From Octopus vulgaris (taxonomy: Eukaryota), in assembly GCA_951406725.2 (NCBI GenBank), contig OX597816.1, positions 20,398,001 through 20,462,000 of the forward strand: a DNA stretch of 64,000 bases, written 5' to 3'. Shown here piece after piece: positions 40,243-52,884 of the stretch. The translations under genes and the position numbers were made by a program. The notes beneath the pieces were generated by a model. It did not search any database. It was not told where the DNA came from and worked only from the letters and a program-made list of their open reading frames with translations. The first letter of the stretch is position 1. The number at the start of each line of letters is the position of its first letter.

Positions 40243-40768
40243 TCTTATCTAGTTTCAGCTCACGATCTGTGGGCATGCTGAGGCACCACCATTTGGTGTT
40301 GCTACATGATTTTACTTCACGAATACTTTTTAGGAATTGACATTTGGGGCACGAGAGAGTTTGATGCAGCTGCACTTATCTGCACCTTCTGTCGCGAAGT
40401 TGGTTCGTCTGGGACACCTGACAGGAAGAGGTCCAGCTTTATTTTGTAGACACCTACATCCACCCCATGCAGGTCTCTCAGGTCCTTCGGGAGGATATTG
40501 AATAGAGCTGTGGACCTCTGAAGCCCAGGCTATTACAGTATCTTGTCCTACATCTTGATGGCAAATTTGGAGTCCTTGGCACTATGCAGTGGCGCCCAGT
40601 TCTAGTATTTGTGTAACTCTCGATGCCAAAGTTTGGGACAAGTCCTTCAGGATCTTCCAGATGTATATTATGGCTTATCATTCTCGCCTACGCTCTATGG
40701 AATAGAGTCTTAATCTCTTGAGTCTTTCCCAATAGCTTATATGCTGCATAGAGGCTATCTTCGTGTAG
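40243..40768 (-). pseudogene. 5'-truncated CR1/L2-group LINE (ORF2 C-terminus plus 3' tail)
   Basis: QLWLP..ISELEAIQRSYTK..ISYWERLKRLRLYSIERRRE, then EGLVPNFGIESYTNTRTGRHC..RGPQL in another frame; frameshifted. Confidence 0.85.
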
Positions 40769-40829
40769 CTTCGTTGGATTGCCTCAAGTTCTGAGATTAA
40801 TTTGACACTGGTTGGTAACCATAGCTGAT

Positions 40830-40902
<73 letters not shown>

Positions 40903-40903
<1 letters not shown>

Positions 40904-41002
40904 AATGAGGGTGAAAAATTAGATATTAATTTAATAATACCGTCAGTTTAACACCAAGCTATTTCTAGCACTAGAGTTAGCCACTTATCGTTAACTCTCT
41001 TA

Positions 41003-41003
<1 letters not shown>
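40903..41003. mobile_element. Collapsed fold-back remnant of the family at 62752-63012, inside (TA)n
   Basis: First half is the reverse complement of cttggtgttaaa..ttttctcacccatt; second half matches ctagagt..ccac..actctcttat. Confidence 0.55.
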
Positions 41004-41061
<58 letters not shown>

Positions 41062-41275
41062 GTGTGTGTGTGCATGCAAGTCTCTGTGTGTGTATAAAGA
41101 AGAAATGTGTGTGTGTGTGTGTGTGAGTGAGTGTGTTAATATTTACATCCATGCACACGTGTATAGATAGCTAGATGAAAAAATATGTTTTTAACGGTGA
41201 AAGTTTAAGTAGATAAAGTTATGAGTAAAGGCGTATAGATATTGGATTAAAAATTCTTAAAATGGAAAAAGTGGA

Positions 41276-41335
41276 AGGCTGCCCGTGGAACTCGAACCAG
41301 CATCTTCTGCAAGCATGACAGGTGTCCTACCATTA
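41276..41335 (-). other. tRNA-like (A-box/B-box) sequence; not a functional tRNA
   Basis: Minus strand taatggtaggacacctgtcatgcttgcagaagatgctggttcgagttccacgggcagcc; no complete acceptor stem seen. Confidence 0.45.
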
Positions 41336-41729
41336 TAAAAAAGCAATCCTACGAATTTCTCCCTCCAGTGTGGAAGCTTTATTCTTACAAGTGAGAATTG
41401 TAGGATTTTCACGTTATAAGCGTTTGGATACATCGAGGAATAAAAGAATTATTGTTTTGAACGGCGAAATCAGTGAAAGAGAAGACAGAGCCTTGTAGCA
41501 CGCTATACAAGGTATTGCCGTTTGCAAAGCTGTTCTTAAACGCTGTATAGGCTTGGCATGCTCATAGGAAATTCAGTGGGTAGTATTCTGTGATGCTAAT
41601 GCTTAGTACTTTGGATGAACGGATAACGGCTGAATCAAAACTTTGCTGGTGGTGTCAGTAATTCTAATGTTGCTTATAGTTTCTTATTTCTTCCTCTTTT
41701 TTGCTGAGGTCATATTTTACGGTTTAATG

Positions 41730-42126
41730 TAGGCGTAGGAGTGGCTATGTGGTAAGTAGCTTGCATACGAACCACATGGTTCCGGGTTCAGTCCCACTGC
41801 GTAGCAACTTGGGCAAGTGTCTTCTACTATAGCCTCGGGCCGACCAAAGCCTTGTGAGTGGATTTGGTAGACGGAAATTGAAAGAAGCCCGTCGTATATA
41901 TGTGTGTGTGTGTGTGTGTGTGTTTGTATGTCTGTGTTTGTGCCCCCGACATCGTTTGACAAGCGATGCTGGTGTGTATACGTCCCCGTCACTTAGCGGT
42001 TCGGCAAAAGAGACCGATAGAATAAGTTCTAGGCTTACAAAGAATAAGTCCTGAGGTCGATTTGCTCGACTAAAGGCGGTGCTCCAGCATGGCCACAGTC
42101 AAATGACTGAAACAAGTAAAAGAGTA
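41730..42126 (+). mobile_element. SINE family B, full length
   Basis: Matches 26116-26553. Confidence 0.9.
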
Positions 42127-43659
42127 TTTGCCTTACCTTGGCGATTTTGAGAGGAGAACGTTTCAGTTTGTGAAATTAACGATTGGTCTTTTTAGAATTT
42201 TTGAGGATGTAGAATAAAGTAAAATGCTTTTATATGATGCAATTTCATTCGACTTTCGGAGGCTTTACATTTGTTAGGATACGAAACGAAAGGAAATCCT
42301 TCAATTTGAGGTTACGTTACATGAGTATTATTGCGGGAAGGAAATTTAGAATTCTTACAATTTGCTCCGTTTCCAATTTATATCAATTTGATTAGTATTG
42401 GTACGATTAACTGTAATGTGTTGGTGAATGCAATTATTTCTTAAAGCCTTAAGGGATTACAACAGCTTTTACGCGAATATTTTGGCGTTGCGAATTTTGT
42501 GTTTATATGTCTTCTGAGAAACTTGGTGGAGAAGGGGCACCAAAATCGTAGTCTAAGTAAGCAATTTTAAGTTTGCGTTCTTGATTTTCTCGCTTGATTT
42601 TCAGTGGCTAATTTTCTGGAAATAATGGATAATGGACTTTAGTTGATGCAGCAGTGTGTGTATGTTATTTGAATTTTTATAACGACATAAGGTGTAATAC
42701 TACTCTTGTTGTGGTGGGGAAGTAGGCAATTACGAAATATAAAGTTGTTCTGTGTATTGTATGTATTCTATGATGGATACAAATGTTTACCAGTTTTCTG
42801 GTTTTATATTACACTTTAGTTCGTTGCTTTTTAATTTTATCTTGTTTGAGCGTTTGATGCTGAAGTTATTTTTACTATGTGGGGACTTTGTGTATTATGT
42901 TTGAAGTGGTCTACGGTTCTTTTATGAAGTTAACTATTTCTGAGTTGTAATTGGGATTGTATGTTGTGTTGTGCAACATCATTTTTAGATACGTCTGTAA
43001 TTATTATGCTCGGTATAGGTAAAAGAGTGTCTACGATGGTAATTGATGAATTCTGAAAAGCTTGGTTCTATTTCTAGGTTGGAATCTTTATATCTTACTC
43101 TTTTTTAAGGTTTTAAAAATGATGTTCTTTATTAACGTACAAGTATAAAGAGTCAATAAAAGATGGGTGGCTTAAAGAAAAAATTGAGAACTGATTTCTA
43201 ATTGATTGTGATGGCTCACTAACAGAAGTGTTGTGTGAGGAGTATTGCTTTACTTGAGCTGGTGTATTACAAGTGTATGTGTGTCAGGACTGGCTTAGAA
43301 TTTAAAAGGAGTCTATTTGCAATATCTAGTCTGGTCGCCTTTCATTTTTATCGTTACTATTTGAAAACCAGGTTTCGTGTGCGCAACAGTCTCCTCCAAT
43401 AATAGTTTTCGGCAGAATCTCAAAATGATACAGCTGGGTGTTTTACCTGGTCTCGAAATCGGATGAGCATGGGGGCTGTATATATATATTAGGGAATATT
43501 ATTTCAAATTTACAAGGAAAAATTCAATTTAGTAATACTAAATAAAATTTCACAAAATATAATATATGTATATAAATTAGAAAACAACCACCTTTAATCA
43601 ATTCAACAATGAAATAATTAAATTATACCATATATATATATAATATTGATTTCTGATTT

Positions 43660-44170
43660 TGACATGTCCAGCAATTTGTGGGGAAGGGATAAGTCAATTA
43701 CATCGATCTCGAAATACGTTACATAAGATGAGAAAATTCTGCCGAGGTCGACTTTGCCTTTCATTCTTTCGGGGGTCGATAAATCAAGTACCAGTCCCAT
43801 ACAGGGGTCGATCTAGATTAATAAGATAATTCCTATGTACGGAACTGCTACTTTATATATCGACCCTCGAAAGAATGAAAGGCAATGTCGACCTCGGCGG
43901 AATTTGAACTCAGTACGTAAAGAAAGACGAAATACCTATTTCTTTACTACCCACAAGGGGCTGAACACAGAGAGGACAAACAAGGACAGACAAACGGATT
44001 AAGTCGATTTTATCAACCCCAGTGCGTAACTGGTACTTAATTTATCGACCCCGAAAGAATGAAAGGCAAAGTCGACCTTGGCGTAGTTCGAACTCAGACC
44101 GTAACGGTAGACGAAATACCGCTAAGCATTTCACCCGGAGTGCTAACGATTCTGCCAGCTCGCCGCCTTA
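43660..44170. mobile_element. SINE C cluster in mixed orientations
   Basis: Minus-strand dimer at 43860-44170, plus-strand fragment at 43735-43813, minus-strand tail-2 fragment near 43670. Confidence 0.75.
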
Positions 44171-44320
44171 TGGTAACAATATATTGTATATAAAGTATTC
44201 ACAGGCGCACCGATAACCAGCTGGCGGAGAATCTGCCTGGGGTTAAAGAAGTATTAACATTAAAAAGCCAATTTAATGTGCCGACTGACTATACATATAT
44301 GTGCACGTTTGTGTGTTAAA

Positions 44321-44351
<31 letters not shown>

Positions 44352-44530
44352 GGAGGGAGAGTTCACGAATAAAACAAAAGACGAAGACAGGTGATGTAGA
44401 AAACAAACAGATGTGTTAGTATAACGCTCAGGAATTGAAAATGTCTTTTATGTTTCGAGCCTACGCTCTTCTACAGAAAGGGACACAGAAACAAAAAACG
44501 AGGAGAGAAACAAGAGAAGAAAAACATGTG
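44352..44530 (-). mobile_element. Family F pLTR fragment with variant-core HHR
   Basis: Minus strand cttt CTGTAGA agagcgtaggctc GAAA ca TA aaag at 44445-44480; lies between (TA)n and (TG)n. Confidence 0.65.
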
Positions 44531-44535
44531 TGTAG

Positions 44536-44589
<54 letters not shown>

Positions 44590-45110
44590 AATAAAGACAA
44601 CAAAACTAAAGCTGTGTGAAATTTATAGGACATTTTATAAATGTCCTCTATAAATTCCACATAGTATTGGTTCTGTTATCTGCACTTTATCTAATTTCTG
44701 AATCAATAGGTCTTAGTATGTCCACGCACTGGGTATACCGTCATTAGAGAAAGGTATGAATATTTTAGACATGGAAAATTCACAGTTTATAACGAATGGA
44801 ATAGCAGAATAAAGGAATAGATAGAAGAATAAAGAGTAAAGGTAGTACGAAGAGTATAGGCAAGAGAAGCTAGCTAGTTTCAGTTCCATAATACAGTCCA
44901 GCTTTGACCAAGCAGTCTTTTATTGGCATATAGTGAATCCATCAATACATTATCAATTTATTGAGTCATCAAGATGTGATTGGACAGAGATTCCTGTGTT
45001 ATCTCCAGCAACTTGTGCAATTCTATGGAAAACCATTCGTATTCTTCGTTTACAAGTATTGTTGGGCTTCTTTAGCCCGAGGTGAGTTCTTGTTCACCAT
45101 ATTTATGATT

Positions 45111-45647
45111 GTGGAGGCGCGTGGCCTAGTGGTTAGGGTGTTGAACTCATGATTGTAAGGTTGTGGTTTCGATTCCTAGACCGGGTGATGCGTTGTGTTC
45201 TTGAGCAAAACACTTCATTTTCGCGTTGCTCCAGTTCACTGGTAAAAATGAGTAACGCTGCGACGGACCGGCGTCCCGTCCAGGTGGGGAATTTCTACGC
45301 CACTGAAACCGGGAAACCGACCCTTATGAGCCTGGCATGGCTCAAGAAGGAACATTTATGTGGAGGCACATGGCCTAGTGGTTAGAGCAGCGGACTCGCG
45401 GTCGAGGGATCGCGGTTTCGAATCAGACCGGATGATGTGTGTGGTTATGTGCGAAACACATAAGCTCTACGCAGCTCCGGTAGTGGCGAACTTCTGCTGA
45501 CACTTTCGCCACAACTTTCTCTCACTCTTTCCTCCTACATCTTGCAGCTCACCTGCGACGGACCGGCGTCCCGTCCAGGTGGGAAACCTATACACCAAGG
45601 AAACCGGGAAACCAGCCCTTATGAGCCAGGCGTGGCTCGAGAAGGAA
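45111..45647 (+). mobile_element. Two head-to-tail tRNA-headed SINEs sharing tail A2
   Basis: 45111-45353 and 45360-45647 both carry ctgcgacggaccggcgtcccgtccaggtggg..gaaaccgggaaacc..cttatgagcc (MetaSINE-domain-like) but have different middles. Confidence 0.8.
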
Positions 45648-45834
45648 CGAATGAATGAAGGAATATCTATGATTAAACGAGTTCCAGAGAGGTGCATCTG
45701 TTTTTCAGAGTATATAAGGGTACATATTCGTCTGTGCCATTCTTTCTATATATAGTGTATGCTACAATACGCTAGAGAAATAGCTGCTATTTCTGGTAAA
45801 TCTAACGACTACATAGAGGCTCAGATACTGGTTC

Positions 45835-46805
45835 CATAGATTGCATTTTGATGGAAATTTGGCTGCTATATTTAGCACGTCGAACAACCGTGTATAGGCT
45901 ATATCGTTGGCTCGAATTAATAAGTTTAACTCCGAAACATTCACAACTTAAGTGTATTGCAGGATTATACTTTCGAATTTATTCTTCTTCTTTTCAACAC
46001 ATAGAGTACATTTTGATGGAAATTTGTCTGCTATATCTAGCACGTCGAAGAACCGTATATAGGCTATAACGTTGGCTGGAATTAGCAAGTTTAAATCCGA
46101 AACATTCACAACTTGAGTGTATTGTAGGACTAGCTGTATGGCCCGGCGTTGCTCGGGTTTGTTTCGACCCTTTAGAATTGGAATTTTTGAAAAGTAAAAA
46201 TTTTGCATTATGTCGCTTGTTATTCTCTTTAAGTGAACATTTTTCTGGTTGAAATACACCGAAAAATGGCGACACAGCAGTCAAAAGATCATAAAAAATA
46301 GGGATTTTCATAGAAAAAAAGTACCTTTTTGATGTAAATAATTTTTGATGTTAACATGGTCCGATTTGAATTTATCTTCTACGGAGTGAAGAGCAAGCTT
46401 TCTTCTATCATACTTTCAATTTTGGTCAACTTGCGCTGCAGGGTCTCGGAGGAGATAGTGTTAGTTGAAGGCTACCAAACCTGCCACCCACAGACAAATT
46501 CAGCTTTATATATAGAGAGATTATACTATCGAATTTATTCTTCTTTTCAACACATAGATTGCATTTTGATGGAAATTTGGCTGCTATATCTAGCACCTCG
46601 AACAACCGTGTATAGGCTATAACGTTGGCTCGAATTAGTAAGTTTAACTCCGAAACATTCACAACTTAAGTGTATTGCAGGATTATACTTTCGAATTTAT
46701 TCTTCTTTTCAGCACATAGATTGCATTTTAATGGAAATTTGGCTGCTATATCTAGCACGTCGAACAACCGTGTATAGGCTATATCGTTGGCTGGAATTAG
46801 CAAGT
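45835..46805. repeat. ~163-bp tandem repeat, about 4 units, split by a Helitron
   Basis: Recurring catagattgcattttgatggaaatttggctgctatatctagcacgtcgaacaaccgtgtataggct. Confidence 0.85.
46130..46520 (-). mobile_element. Non-autonomous Helitron
   Basis: TC start, hairpin plus CTAG end on the minus strand; splits the repeat unit precisely at agga|ttatac with no TSD. Confidence 0.85.
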
Positions 46806-47297
46806 CTTTTATTATATTAGCTTTGAACTGCTGATTGCGTTTGATTCTGAGAGAAAACTACTTCAATATATTTTCTACATCCCTTCTCCTACAAGAGATT
46901 ATGAAATTAGCAAGTTTAATCTTCTTTCTACAATTCCAATAACAGGCATAAAGTGCTAGAAAACAACAAGAATACGAACAAGAAGAAGAAATTTTATTTC
47001 TCTGCTTCCTTCTTTTTTTTTTCTTTTCTTTTACTCATTTAGATTATTACACATTTTTCTTCTCCTTTAACGAACTAAATAAAATAATTTTTCAAAACAT
47101 AATTAGCTGTGGTAATCAAAAGGTATCAGTTATTAATTGATGTACAAGAAATGCCAAAGTTCAGTTCTAAGTCTGTGTAAAATTCTTCACAAACTTTCAC
47201 ATCTAATCGGCTTACAGACACCTGACCAGGTAATGAAAAAAAATGTAATATGTAATTAAAGCTTAACATTTGATTGGGAAATTTCACTCGATTTTTA

Positions 47298-47411
47298 CTG
47301 TTGTTGTTGTTGTTGGTCTTCTTCTTCTTCTTATTCTTCTTCTTCTTCTTCTTCTTCTTCTTCTTCTTCTTCTTCTTCTTCTTCTTCTTCTTCTTCTTCT
47401 TCTCATTATTA

Positions 47412-47481
<70 letters not shown>

Positions 47482-47679
47482 TATTACTATTATTACTATC
47501 ATTATTATTATCATTATTACTACTACTATTACTATTATTACTATCATTACTATTATAATTATTATTATCATCATCATCATCATTGTTATTATTTCTATTA
47601 TTATTGTCATTATTATCATTATTATTATTATTACTATTATTATTATTATCATTATTATCATCATCATTGTTATCATTAC

Positions 47680-47721
<42 letters not shown>

Positions 47722-47738
47722 CCTCATGATCATTCTTA

Positions 47739-47776
<38 letters not shown>

Positions 47777-47837
47777 ATTATCATTATTATTACTATTATT
47801 ATTATTATTATCATCATCATCATTCTTATCATTCTTC

Positions 47838-47911
<74 letters not shown>

Positions 47912-47969
47912 ATTATCATTATTATTACTATTATTATTATTATTATCATCATCATCATTCTTATCATTC

Positions 47970-48012
<43 letters not shown>
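47298..48012. repeat. (GTT)(CTT)n(ATT/ATC)n compound microsatellite
   Basis: Direct observation. Confidence 0.95.
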
Positions 48013-48013
<1 letters not shown>

Positions 48014-48283
48014 TCTGCAGCATTTGTTGTTTCTGTTGCTGCTGTAGTCGTTGTTTTCTTCTAGTCCTGTAGTTAATGGGATTTTGTTATTGTAGTTGTT
48101 GTTCTTGTTGCTGCTTTTGGTGGCAATGGCGGCGATGCTGGAAGTGTTGTTATTCTTCTTTTTCTTTTTCTTTATTTTTCCCGGGAAGGAGAAGGTTTTG
48201 ATCCAATTATATAACTATAAGCCCAACCTGATTGTCTACAGATAATTAGTATCTCGTTCAAAAACGTTAAAAAAACAAACAGC

Positions 48284-48293
48284 AATATTAATA

Positions 48294-48350
<57 letters not shown>

Positions 48351-48389
48351 GTAATAATATTAATAATAATAATAATAATAATGATAATA

Positions 48390-48421
<32 letters not shown>

Positions 48422-48452
48422 GATAATAATAATGATAGTAATAATAATGATA

Positions 48453-48483
<31 letters not shown>

Positions 48484-48905
48484 TGATGATGATAATAATA
48501 ATAATAATAATAGTAATAATAATAGTAATAATAATAATAATAATATCAGCATCGATGTTGAAGGCAGCGATGACGATGGTGATTGAGGAGACGATGGTGG
48601 TGGTGGTGGCGATGACAAAGGTAATGGTGATGGTGACGTCGGTGGTGATGATGATGATGATGATGATTGTTCTGATGATTGTTTTGATGATGCTGGTGGT
48701 AGTGGTGGTGGTGGTGGTGGTGGTGGTGATGGAGGTTGAGATAGTGGTGGTGGTGGTGGTGATAGTTGTGGTGGCGATGACAAAGCTAATGGTGATGGTG
48801 ACGTTGGTGGTGATGATGATGATGATTGTGATGGTGGTGGTGGTGGTGGCGGTGGTGGTGATGATGTAAGCGTCATTATCAACATCATAAATAATAATGA
48901 TAATT
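48284..48905. repeat. (AAT/GAT)n then (GGT/GAT)n compound microsatellite
   Basis: Direct observation. Confidence 0.95.
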
Positions 48906-49081
48906 ACAGATTACGAGCAAAAACCATGGCTGTAGAAGTGGTCAGTAAAAGCCAACTGCACCAACAGCAACAACAACGACAACAACAAAAGCAGCAGTAA
49001 TAGCAAAAGCAGAAATCATTTATTAATGATTATGTTGTCTAAAATTGCTCTGCATTAGAGTTTCCAATAAACAGCTACAGA

Positions 49082-49448
49082 GTAGAGGTGCAATGGACCA
49101 GTGGTTAGGGCAGCGGACTCGAGGTCGTAAGAACGCGGTTTCGATTCCCAGTCCGGGCATTGTGAGTATTTATTGAGCAAAACCACCTAAGCTCCACGAG
49201 GCTCCGGCAGGGGTTGGTGGCGACCCCTGTTGTGCTCTTTCGCCCCAGCTTACTCTCACTTTTTCTTCCTGTTTCTTGGTCCCGACTTCCTACGCAACCG
49301 CTGAGCCTGGATGCGCATTCCTCCATCCGTCGATGCTCTCGGTGTCGGGGCTTGACCTGCTTTCTCTTCTGCGGGTCTTACGAATAGCAAAGGACCACGT
49401 TTCGGAATTCTCCCAAGAGAACGAAGAGCGCTTCGCTCAACAGCAACA
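49082..49448 (+). mobile_element. SINE family A with tail type A3
   Basis: A head and core up to ctcactttttcttcctgtttc, then an unrelated tail ending caacagcaaca. Confidence 0.75.
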
Positions 49449-49450
49449 GA

Positions 49451-49901
49451 GTGGAGGCTCAATGGCCCGGTGGTTAGGGCAGCGGACTCGCGGTCGTAAG
49501 AACGTGGTTTCGATTCCCAGACCGGGCATTGTGAGTGTTTATTGAGCAAAACCACCTAAAGCTCCACGAAGCTCCGACAGGGGGAGGGTGGTGAACCCCG
49601 CTGTACTCTTTCACCACAACTTTATCTCACTCTTTCTTCCTACTTCTTCCACAAAGCAGAGGAACCATGGTGTGACCCACTATGGTGTGGTAAACTTTCA
49701 GACCTTAGTCTAGATTGCGAGTCCTCTGTACCCCAGGATGGTTCAGCTCTCTGCCCGTTAAAAGCCACCGTTTACGGAATGAGGATAACAACGTAGCTTT
49801 CGCTCCCGTGCAACCGCGTGGTGGGTGGATCTTCAAGTTGCCACACATATTTTTTAGTAGCATAGAGTAGGCTCGAATTAGAGATTATTCTTTGTGGCTA
49901 A
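49451..49901 (+). mobile_element. SINE family A with tail type A4
   Basis: A head and core, then ttccacaaagc..gtaggctcgaattagagattattctttgtggctaa; second copy at 52099-52757. Confidence 0.8.
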
Positions 49902-50054
49902 TGGTGTGAGTCCTGAATGGGAGAAGAAGACAGCAACAGAAGTATTGTGTGTGTATTTGTGTGTGTGTTAAGTATTTAAGTACGCTTAGATATACGTATG
50001 AATGTAACCATGTACGTGTCTGTTAATCTGTATGCTTGTGTGTTTGTATATATA

Positions 50055-50624
50055 TTCTTGACTCTACTTTAGGCACGAAGCCCGAAATTTTGGGGAAGGG
50101 GAGCCAGTCGATTAGGTCTACCCCAGTACGCGACTGGTACTTAATTTTTCGACATCGAACGGATGAAAGGCAAAGTAGACATCGGCGGAATTTGAACTCA
50201 GAACGTAAAGGCAGACGAAATACCTATTTCTTTACTACCCACAAGGGGCTAAACATAGAGAGGACAAACAAGGACAGATAAACGGATTAAGTTGATTACA
50301 TCGACCACAGTGCGTAATTGGTACTTATTTAATCGACCCCGAAAGAATGAAAGGCAAAGTCGACCTCTGCGGAATTTGAACTCAGAATGTAACGGCAGAC
50401 GAAATACCTATATCTTTACTACCCACAAGGGGCTAAACAAGGACAGACAAACGGATTATGTCGATTATATCGACCACAGTGCGTAACTGGTACTTATTTA
50501 ATCGACCCCGAAAGGATGAAAGGCAAAGTCGACCTCGGCGGAATTTCAACTTAGAACGTAACGGCAGACGAAATACGGCTACGTGTTTCGCCCGGCGTGC
50601 TAAAGTTTCTGCCAGCTCGCCGTC
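50055..50624 (-). mobile_element. SINE family C trimer
   Basis: One head, two tail-1 units and a final tail-2 unit; joints at gaaatacctat. Confidence 0.85.
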
Positions 50625-51159
50625 TTATCATGAAAGAATATTGATATATATATATATATTGATATAACACCTGGTAAAGTTGATCTGTACTATTACCAAT
50701 CCTTTTCTGAAGAACTTATAAAAAATATATATTACATTATGCGAAAGGATTTATTATTAACACTGAGAATTCTTATCGTTATTGGTAGAAAAGCGCAACA
50801 ATTAATAACAAATAAATACAGAATATGGAACTAAGAATTTTTATTCGTTTTTTTCCAAGTTTCTATTTCCATGACACTTCAGATATATTCAATAAATAAT
50901 TATTGTACCAGTAGTGAAATATTCAATGCGCACTTTCTCTGCCATTCTGTTCCATAACCAGAATAAATAGCTGGCTTCTTATTAACCAAATATTTAACGA
51001 AAAAAAAAATACAAAATACAAGACTAGGTTTTTTCAAGGTATGTAGTAGTTTTTTTTTTATGTGCTTTGTATGACTAACAACTATGGCGACTAATCTGAC
51101 AAAACTTGTGTTGCTGTCCAACTATTTTCGAACGCATTTCTATTATATTTCAGTTCTAT

Positions 51160-51262
51160 ATGTGTGTATGTGCGTGCGTGCGTGCGCATATACATGCATG
51201 CGTGTGTGTACATATATAAATATATATATATATACATATATACATATACGTGTGCATGTGTA

Positions 51263-51304
<42 letters not shown>

Positions 51305-51433
51305 CATACATATATATATACACATATATACATATATATATATATACATATATATACATATATATATACATATATACATATACATATATATATGTATACA
51401 TAAATACATAAATATATATACATATATATATAC

Positions 51434-51488
<55 letters not shown>

Positions 51489-51619
51489 TATACATATATG
51501 CATATATACATATATATGTATATATACATATATATGCAGATATATATATACTTGCATACATATACATATACAGATATATATAATTGTATATATATATATA
51601 TAGATAGATAGATATATTT

Positions 51620-51650
<31 letters not shown>

Positions 51651-51655
51651 CTTGT
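51160..51655. repeat. Degenerate (TA)n/(TACA)n tract
   Basis: Direct observation. Confidence 0.95.
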
Positions 51656-52098
51656 GTGTGTGGTGTGGTCCACATTTGTGCTGCAATTTGGTTAGAGAGC
51701 AACTCGTTTTTTTCTTTTCCTTTAACCAGTACCTTAGTAGAAATATATGCAAATAACTTACCAAAATGCCAAAACATTTTAGTAAATTTTGCTGAAATTT
51801 CAGATTCGCTAACTCAAGTAGTTTCTGGATTATAAGAGCAGTAAACTAAGCAATCAGTTAACCTAAAAATCAAAGTCTGCGTCACCTAATTTTGTGCAGG
51901 TGCATATTTTCTATTAATGGTTTGATGGTAGAAACCGAAAAGAAAAAAAGAGCTGGATGGATATTTGTAGTAAATGCTATTGTTCTATTGTTACTGTTTC
52001 TTTCAAATGAGTTGAACATGGAACAAATGTGTTCCAACCTTTTATTTTTTTGTTTTTGCTAGATTACATTATCCAATATAACCTATTAGGTTCGACAG

Positions 52099-52757
52099 CA
52101 ATGGCCCAGTAGTTTCGATTCCCAGGCGAGCTGGCAGAATCGTTAGCACGTCGGGCGAAATGCTCAGCAGTATTTCGTCTGTCGCTACGTTCTGAGTTCA
52201 AAGTCCGCCGAGGTTGACTTTGCCTTTCATCCTTTCGGGGTCGATTAAATAAGTACCAGTTACGCACTGGGGTCGATATGATCGACTTAATCCGTTTGTC
52301 TGTCCTTGTTTGTCCCTTCTGTGTTTAGCCCCTTGTAGGTAGTAAAGAAATAGGTTTCGATTCCCAGGCCGGGCATTGTGAGTGTTTATTGAGCAAAATC
52401 ACCTAAGCTCCACGATGTTCCGGCGGCGTGGGGAGTGAACCCCACTGTACTCTTTCACCACAACTTTCTCTCACTCTTTCTTCCTACTTCTTCCACAAAG
52501 CTGAGAAACCATGGTGTAACCCACTATGGTGTGGTAAACTTTCAGACCCTAGTCTAGATTGCAAATCCTCTGTACCCCAGGATGGTTCAGTTCTCCACCC
52601 GTTAAAAGCCACAGTTTACGGCATGAGGATAACAACGTAGCTTTTGCGCCCATGCAACCACCCGTCTTTCACGTGTGGTGGGTGGATCTTCAAGTTGCCA
52701 CACGCATTCTCAGTAGCTTAGAGTAGGCTCGAATTAGAGATTATTCTTTGTGGCTAA
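52099..52757 (+). mobile_element. SINE A4 with SINE C (52125-52352) inserted in its B-box region
   Basis: gtttcgattcccaggc duplicated at 52112-52127 and 52354-52369. Confidence 0.8.
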
Positions 52758-52884
52758 GGATTGGAAGGAGACAGCAGTACGTGATTTGAGGGTTACCGAT
52801 TTGGTTCTATTTCTAGCATGTCAAATGAACACGAAGAGGCTCCTTTAAACAGCTTGTTAGTGAAGGTCTGTAACATATTTCAAC

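Noticed and set aside
45835-46805. CRISPR-like repeat/spacer array
   Set aside because: Units are ~163 bp and contiguous with no unique spacers; eukaryotic context and no cas genes.
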